Below are positions 58,720 to 64,000 of a stretch of DNA of 64,000 nucleotides, in pieces. Position 1 is the stretch's first letter. Each line of letters begins with the position of its first letter. The translations under genes were made by a program, and so were the position numbers. Source of the stretch: Spirochaetia bacterium (GTDB lineage: Bacteria; Spirochaetota; Spirochaetia; SZUA-6; Bin103); the NCBI GenBank assembly GCA_965199955.1, contig CBDATQ010000002.1, positions 640,001 to 704,000 of the forward strand, given 5' to 3'. The notes under the pieces are model-generated. The model was given only the letters and a program-made list of their open reading frames with translations, did no database searches and was not told the origin of the DNA.

Positions 58720-60184
58720 CCGCGGCATCTATGCCCGGCTCGGGGTTCGGACCTACATCGACCTGACGGCCACCGAGTCCATCCACGGCGGCGCGCCCAT
58801 GCTGCCGGAGGTGCGGCGGGCGATGGCAGAAGCGGCCGACGGCTCGGTGGTCATCGACGAGCTCATGACGCGGGCCGGCGAGCGGATCGCCGGGTTGCTG
58901 GGCGTTCCCTCGGCGCTGGTCACCAGCGGCGCGGCGGGCGCGCTCACCGCGGCCACCTGCGCGTGCGTGGCCGGCGGCGACCCCGAGCGGGCCGTGCAGC
59001 TTCCCGATCTCGACGGTATGCGCGACGAGGTGGTCATGCCGGTGCAGTCACGCACCGTGTTCGACCAGACCATCCGCGCGGTCGGCGTGCGGCTGGTCCC
59101 GGTGGACTCCGCCGCCCAGTTGCGCGCGGCGGTCGGCCCGCGCACCGCGCTCGTGGCGATGTGGGCCGGAGCGGCTGCCGCCCAGTCCGTGACGGTGGAG
59201 GATCTGGCCGCTGCCGGGCGGCAGCATGGGGCGCCGGTGGTGATCGACGCGGCGGCCGAGCTGCCGGCGGTGCCGAACCGCTGGCTGGCCGCCGGCGCCG
59301 ACCTGGTCTGCTACTCGGGCGGCAAGGTCCTGCAGGGACCGCAGGGCGCGGGACTCCTGCTGGGCCGCGAGGACCTCGTGCAGGCCGCGTGGATGCACTG
59401 CGCCCCGCACGGGACCTTCGGCCGCATGATGAAGGTCAGCAAGGAGGAGATCGCCGGCATGCTGGCGGCGGTCGAGCAACTGGTTGACGGCCGCGACCTG
59501 GACGCGGAATTCGGGCGCTGGCGCGGATGGTACCGGCGGATCGCGAACGCGCTCGACCCGGTCGGGGGCGTTCGCACGGAGGTGCGGCAGTCGGGAGGCC
59601 GCAGTCCGTATCCGATCCTGATAGTCTCCTGGGATCCCGAGCAGGTGCCGCTGGCCGCCGGACAGGTGGGAGCGGCCCTGCGCGCCGGCTCGCCGCCGAT
59701 CCTGTCGCATGCCGAGGGTGACGGCTGCGAGTTCATGGTCCGGCCGGTGTCGATGGTCGAAGGGGACGCGGAGGTGGCCGCCCGCCGGCTGGTGGAGATC
59801 CTCGGCGGCGCAACGGAGCCACGTCCGGTCGAGCCGCCGGCGGACGGCGTCGACGGCGAGTGGGAGGTGGACGTCCGCTTCATCTCGGGCTGCGCCCGGC
59901 ACCGGTTCAGCCTGACGGGCGCGACCGGCGGGAACCGTATCCGCGGCCGGCACCGCGGGACGCGGGCGGTCGGCGAACTGTCCGGACGGGTCGACGGCTA
60001 CGCGGTGATGCTCGACAGCGTGCTTGCCACCGAGGGCGCCCGGCTGACGTATCGCTTCGAGGGCACCTTCGACGCCGTCGCAGGGACCATGGCCGGCACG
60101 CTCAGGCTGGGCGAGCAGCTGGTGGACGGCTTCGGCGCAGGCAGGGCGACCTGGACGGCGCGCCGTGTGGCTTCAGGCGCGTGA
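58709..60184 (+). CDS. SelA/DgaE-like PLP-dependent enzyme with C-terminal extension
   Basis: VTSGAAGAL, IDAAAE, YSGGKVLQGPQ, GRMMKVSKEEI. Confidence 0.85.
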   Translation: MTDSRGIYARLGVRTYIDLTATESIHGGAPMLPEVRRAMAEAADGSVVIDELMTRAGERIAGLLGVPSALVTSGAAGALTAATCACVAGGDPERAVQLPDLDGMRDEVVMPVQSRTVFDQTIRAVGVRLVPVDSAAQLRAAVGPRTALVAMWAGAAAAQSVTVEDLAAAGRQHGAPVVIDAAAELPAVPNRWLAAGADLVCYSGGKVLQGPQGAGLLLGREDLVQAAWMHCAPHGTFGRMMKVSKEEIAGMLAAVEQLVDGRDLDAEFGRWRGWYRRIANALDPVGGVRTEVRQSGGRSPYPILIVSWDPEQVPLAAGQVGAALRAGSPPILSHAEGDGCEFMVRPVSMVEGDAEVAARRLVEILGGATEPRPVEPPADGVDGEWEVDVRFISGCARHRFSLTGATGGNRIRGRHRGTRAVGELSGRVDGYAVMLDSVLATEGARLTYRFEGTFDAVAGTMAGTLRLGEQLVDGFGAGRATWTARRVASGA

Positions 60185-61024
60185 CCAGCGGCTGGGGGCC
60201 ATCCCCGGCGCGTCCGCGGCCATGCCCTCCGGCTTGTTGCCCACCGCGAAGTCGAACTCGCGGGCGTTCGAGTCGCTGAAGTAGGGCCGCACCGACGCGG
60301 GGAGCGTGGCCAGCTCCTCCTCCGTGGCCATGGGCACCTCTGCGATCGGCCCCGCCCAAGCCGGCCGGTAGGCGATCGCGACCATGCGCCGCGCACGCGT
60401 GCCGGTATTGGGCAGCGTGCCGTGGAACGTGCGGTGGTTGAGGAACAGCGCGGAGCCGGCGCGGCACGGCACCACCACCTGCTCGGGATGAGTGGTGTAG
60501 CGCTTGTACGGGTGGGCATCGGCGTGCATGCACATGTGCGAACGCGGGATCACCCGGAACGGCGACACGTCCATGGTCAGGTCGTCCAGGTAGTAGAGGA
60601 CGCGCACCGTGATCGGGCAGCTCCCCTCGTAGCCGAAAATCGTGGAGCCGTACGGCTGGCCGTCGGTGTGCAGGCTGATCCCCGGAGTGCCGGGCTCGGA
60701 ACAGTCGTAGGTGACGTTGTGCAGGCACAGGATTCGGTCGCCGAACAGACGCTCCAGCAGGCCCAGCGTCGGCCGATGGGTCACCAGCTCGGCCAGGACG
60801 GGGCTGCGCAGGTGTACCCGGCTGCAGCCGCGCTGCCGTTCGCTGTAGTCCCGGCCTTCCGTGGGCAGCTTGTCGGTCTCGGCGCGCAGCGTCTCCAGGT
60901 GCTCCGGGGAGAGGATGTCGGGGACGATCAGGTAGCCCTCCAGCTCGATCTGCCGGATGCGCTCCCCCTCGCTCAAGGCGGACCAGTCGCGGTCGTCGAC
61001 GTTCAGGCCGTTCCACGTGCGCAT
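60173..61024 (-). CDS. PhyH-family Fe(II)/2OG dioxygenase
   Basis: EGYL, LHTDG, VIPRSH, FHGTLPN...RRMVAIAYRP. Confidence 0.9.
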   Translation of the reverse strand: MRTWNGLNVDDRDWSALSEGERIRQIELEGYLIVPDILSPEHLETLRAETDKLPTEGRDYSERQRGCSRVHLRSPVLAELVTHRPTLGLLERLFGDRILCLHNVTYDCSEPGTPGISLHTDGQPYGSTIFGYEGSCPITVRVLYYLDDLTMDVSPFRVIPRSHMCMHADAHPYKRYTTHPEQVVVPCRAGSALFLNHRTFHGTLPNTGTRARRMVAIAYRPAWAGPIAEVPMATEEELATLPASVRPYFSDSNAREFDFAVGNKPEGMAADAPGMAPSRWSRA

Positions 61025-61129
61025 GACGCCTCAACGTAGATCGTCGGACCCTGCCCCGGCAAGGCGGCCGCTGCCGGTACGGTCCGGCGGGATGGTGGAA
61101 TCGGGCGGCCGTTTGGGCTATCTTTCCGC

Positions 61130-63940
61130 GTGGTGGCAGAGAACCCGACCCGGAGGGTCGATCTCCCGCAACACGGTTCGGCCGCTTCCGCCGCAACCGC
61201 ATCCCGAGGGATCGGCAATGGAACGGAGCCGCCGGCTGCGTCGCGCCCCGTCGATCCCGGGGTCGCGCACGGCCGCAATGGCGGGGAGGCCTCCGATGTC
61301 GAGCTCCGCGAATGGGTGGAGTCGCTCGACTACGTCTACCGGACCGGCGGCGCCGAGCGGCTGCACGAGGTGCTGCGCACCCTGCACCGCTACGCGAAGG
61401 CGGTCGACGCGGATCTGCCTTTCACGGCCAACACCCCTTACGTCAACACCATCCCGCCGGACCGGGAGCCGCCGTATCCCGGCGACCGCGCCGTCGAGCG
61501 GCGCAACAAGAGCATCATCCGCTGGAATGCCATGGCGATGGTGGTCCGCGCCAACAAGAGCGACGACGGCATCGGCGGCCACATCAGCACCTTCGCGTCG
61601 GCTGCCACGCTGATCGAGGTGGCGCAGAACCACTTCCTGCGCGGGCCGGACAGCCCGCAAGGCGGCGACCAGGTCTACTTCCAGGGCCATGCCGCGCCCG
61701 GCATGTACGCGCGGGCGTTTCTGGAGGGCCGCCTGAGTGAGGAGCATCTCACCAACTTCCGGCGCGAGCTGGCTCCGGGCGGCGGCCTGTCGTCCTACCC
61801 GCACCCGTGGCTGATGCCGGACTTCTGGTCGTTTCCGACCGTCTCCATGGGGCTGAGCCCGATCCAGGCGATCTACCAGGCGCGCTTCAACCGCTACCTG
61901 CAGGACCGTGGCATCAAGCAGACCGACCGGCAGAAGGTGTGGGCCTTCCTGGGCGACGGCGAGATGGACGAACCGGAGTCCATGGGCTCGATCACGCTGG
62001 CGGCGCGCGAGCGGCTGGACAACCTGATCTTCGTGGTCAACTGCAACCTGCAGCGGCTCGATGGGCCGGTGCGCGGCAACGGCAAGATCATCCAGGAGCT
62101 GGAGGCCGCCTTCCGCGGCGCCGGCTGGAACGTGATCAAGGTGATCTGGGGCTCCGACTGGGACCCGCTGCTGGCCGCCGACCCCCACGAGCTGCTGCGC
62201 CGGCGCATGGAGGAGACCGTCGACGGCCAGTACCAGAAGTACACCGTCGAGCCGGGCTCCTACATCCGCGAGAACTTCTTCGGGACCGACCCGCGCCTGC
62301 TGGAGCTGGTGAAGGGCTACTCGGACGACGAGCTGCGCAAGCTGTACCGGGGCGGCCACGATCCGGCCAAGGTGCATGCGGCGTTCAGGGCGGCCGTCGA
62401 ACACACCGGTACGCCGACCGTGATCCTGGCCAAGACGATCAAGGGCTACGGCCTGGGAGAGGCGGGCGAAGGCAAGAACATCACCCACCAGCAGAAGAAA
62501 CTGAACCAGGACGAGCTGGTCGCCTTCCGCTCGCGCTTCGACATCCCGATCTCCGACGAGGAGGCGGCCGCGGCCACGTTCTATCTGCCCGACGAGCACG
62601 GCGGCCAGCGCACCTATCTGCGCGCCCGGCGTCAGGAGCTGGGCGGCTACCTGCCCGCGCGCGCCGCGCGGGCGGCACCGCTCACGGCGCCGCCCGTGGA
62701 GCTGTTCGCCGAGTTCCTGCACGGCACCGACGGCCGCGAGGCGTCGAGCACCATGGCATTCGTGCGCATCCTCACCAAGCTGCTTCGCGACAAGGAGATC
62801 GGGCCGCTGGTCGTTCCCATCGTCCCGGACGAGGCGCGCACCTTCGGCATGGAGCCGCTGTTCCGGCAGGTGGGCATCTACTCGAGCGTCGGGCAGCTCT
62901 ACGAGCCGGTGGACCGGGAGAACCTGCTCTACTACAAGGAGGCCAAGGACGGCCAGGTGCTGGAGGAAGGCATCACCGAGGCGGGATCGTTCTCGTCCTT
63001 CATCGCCGCCGGCAACGCCTACGCCACGCACGGGGTGAATACCATCCCATTCTTCATCTACTACTCGATGTTCGGCTTCCAGCGGATCGGCGACCTGATC
63101 TGGGCGGCTGCCGACATGCGCTGCAAGGGCTTCTTCCTGGGCGGCACCTCCGGCCGCACCACCCTCAACGGCGAGGGCCTGCAGCACCAGGACGGCCACA
63201 GCCACGTCGCCGCGCTGGCGGTGCCGACGCTGCGTTCCTACGACCCCACCTACGCGTACGAGCTGGCGGTGATCATCGAGGACGGCATCCGGCGCATGTA
63301 CGTAGACCAGGAGGAGGGCTTCTACTACCTCACGGTCATGAACGAGAACTACCCGATGCCGCCGATCCCGGAACCCGTGGAGGACACGCGCGAGGGTATC
63401 CTGCGCGGCCTGTACCGGTTCAGCGCCGGCGACTCGGACGCGAAGCTGCCCAAGGCGCACCTGCTCGGCTCGGGCGCCATCCTCAACGAGGCGGTGCAGG
63501 CGGCGGCGCTCCTCGCGGACTTGGGCGTCTCCACCGACGTGTGGAGCGTCACCAGCTACCAGCAGCTCTACCGGGACATCGCCGAGACTGAGCGGCACAA
63601 CGTGCTGCATCCGGGACGGAAGCCGCGGCAGTCGTACGTGGCGCGCGCCTTCGCCGGCGAGCGCGGCGTGTTCGTCGCCGCCACCGATTACCTGCGCGTG
63701 CTGCCGGCGCTCATCGCCGACCATCTGCCGGGGCCGGTGGCCCGGCTCGGAACCGACGGCTTCGGGCGCAGCGACACCCGCGCCGGCCTGCGCGACCACT
63801 TCGAGGTGAGTGCCCGCTACATCGCGCTGGCGGCGCTGCAGCGGCTGTCTGTCGAAGGGGCGATCGACGAGCGCGCGCTGAAGCGCGGCATCCGGCGGCT
63901 CGACGTGGATCCCGACAAGCACAACCCGTTGTCCGCCTGA
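61130..63940 (+). CDS. aceE: Pyruvate dehydrogenase E1, homodimeric type
   Basis: GGHISTFAS, SSYPHP, GDGEMDEPES, NCNLQRLDG, YYSMFGFQR, GEGLQHQDG; start uncertain. Confidence 0.96.
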   Translation: MVAENPTRRVDLPQHGSAASAATASRGIGNGTEPPAASRPVDPGVAHGRNGGEASDVELREWVESLDYVYRTGGAERLHEVLRTLHRYAKAVDADLPFTANTPYVNTIPPDREPPYPGDRAVERRNKSIIRWNAMAMVVRANKSDDGIGGHISTFASAATLIEVAQNHFLRGPDSPQGGDQVYFQGHAAPGMYARAFLEGRLSEEHLTNFRRELAPGGGLSSYPHPWLMPDFWSFPTVSMGLSPIQAIYQARFNRYLQDRGIKQTDRQKVWAFLGDGEMDEPESMGSITLAARERLDNLIFVVNCNLQRLDGPVRGNGKIIQELEAAFRGAGWNVIKVIWGSDWDPLLAADPHELLRRRMEETVDGQYQKYTVEPGSYIRENFFGTDPRLLELVKGYSDDELRKLYRGGHDPAKVHAAFRAAVEHTGTPTVILAKTIKGYGLGEAGEGKNITHQQKKLNQDELVAFRSRFDIPISDEEAAAATFYLPDEHGGQRTYLRARRQELGGYLPARAARAAPLTAPPVELFAEFLHGTDGREASSTMAFVRILTKLLRDKEIGPLVVPIVPDEARTFGMEPLFRQVGIYSSVGQLYEPVDRENLLYYKEAKDGQVLEEGITEAGSFSSFIAAGNAYATHGVNTIPFFIYYSMFGFQRIGDLIWAAADMRCKGFFLGGTSGRTTLNGEGLQHQDGHSHVAALAVPTLRSYDPTYAYELAVIIEDGIRRMYVDQEEGFYYLTVMNENYPMPPIPEPVEDTREGILRGLYRFSAGDSDAKLPKAHLLGSGAILNEAVQAAALLADLGVSTDVWSVTSYQQLYRDIAETERHNVLHPGRKPRQSYVARAFAGERGVFVAATDYLRVLPALIADHLPGPVARLGTDGFGRSDTRAGLRDHFEVSARYIALAALQRLSVEGAIDERALKRGIRRLDVDPDKHNPLSA

Positions 63941-63954
63941 GATGGATCGGTGAG

Positions 63955-64000
63955 ATGGCGATAGAGATCAAGTTGCCCGTGCTGGGCGAGGGGGTCGACT
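63955..64000 (+). CDS. aceF: Dihydrolipoamide acetyltransferase E2, start of lipoyl domain (partial)
   Basis: MAIEIKLPVLGEGVD directly after aceE. Confidence 0.75.
   Translation, partial: MAIEIKLPVLGEGVD

Noticed and set aside
58709..60184. Selenocysteine synthase selA
   Set aside because: No Sec machinery nearby, and the motifs fit the broader SelA-like/DgaE group

Overview
Very GC-rich bacterial DNA in which intact metabolic and transport genes alternate with decayed accessory and defence genes. Intact genes: a fused hydantoinase A/B with a small upstream Cys4 protein and two SDRs, a class III aminotransferase, a form II coxSLM molybdoenzyme, archaeal/eukaryote-type proS, two sulfatases, five PhyH-family Fe(II)/2OG enzymes, ProVWX, Dpp-type and polar amino-acid ABC components, an Nramp-like transporter, DUF3179, a SelA-like PLP enzyme, aceE and the start of aceF. 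Accessory genes: two intact TA pairs (RHH/MazF, DUF1778/GNAT), two TA pairs with frameshifted toxins (MNT/HepT, Phd/VapC), an intact Vsr and Uma2, and remnants of AIPR, type I-G cas3, type I HsdR, a CI-like repressor and IS1380. The best candidate for an undescribed system is a lower-GC two-ATPase operon at 47.0-50.7 kb (ATPase-wHTH plus ATPase-wHTH-TPR, coupled to hsdR) whose predicted promoter overlaps a 40-bp near-perfect palindrome. Also notable are PhyH enzymes with halogenase-like HxG/HxA motifs and a possible acetone/acetophenone-carboxylase-like module. I saw no rRNA, tRNA or CRISPR array. All family assignments come from motif recognition by eye, not database searches.
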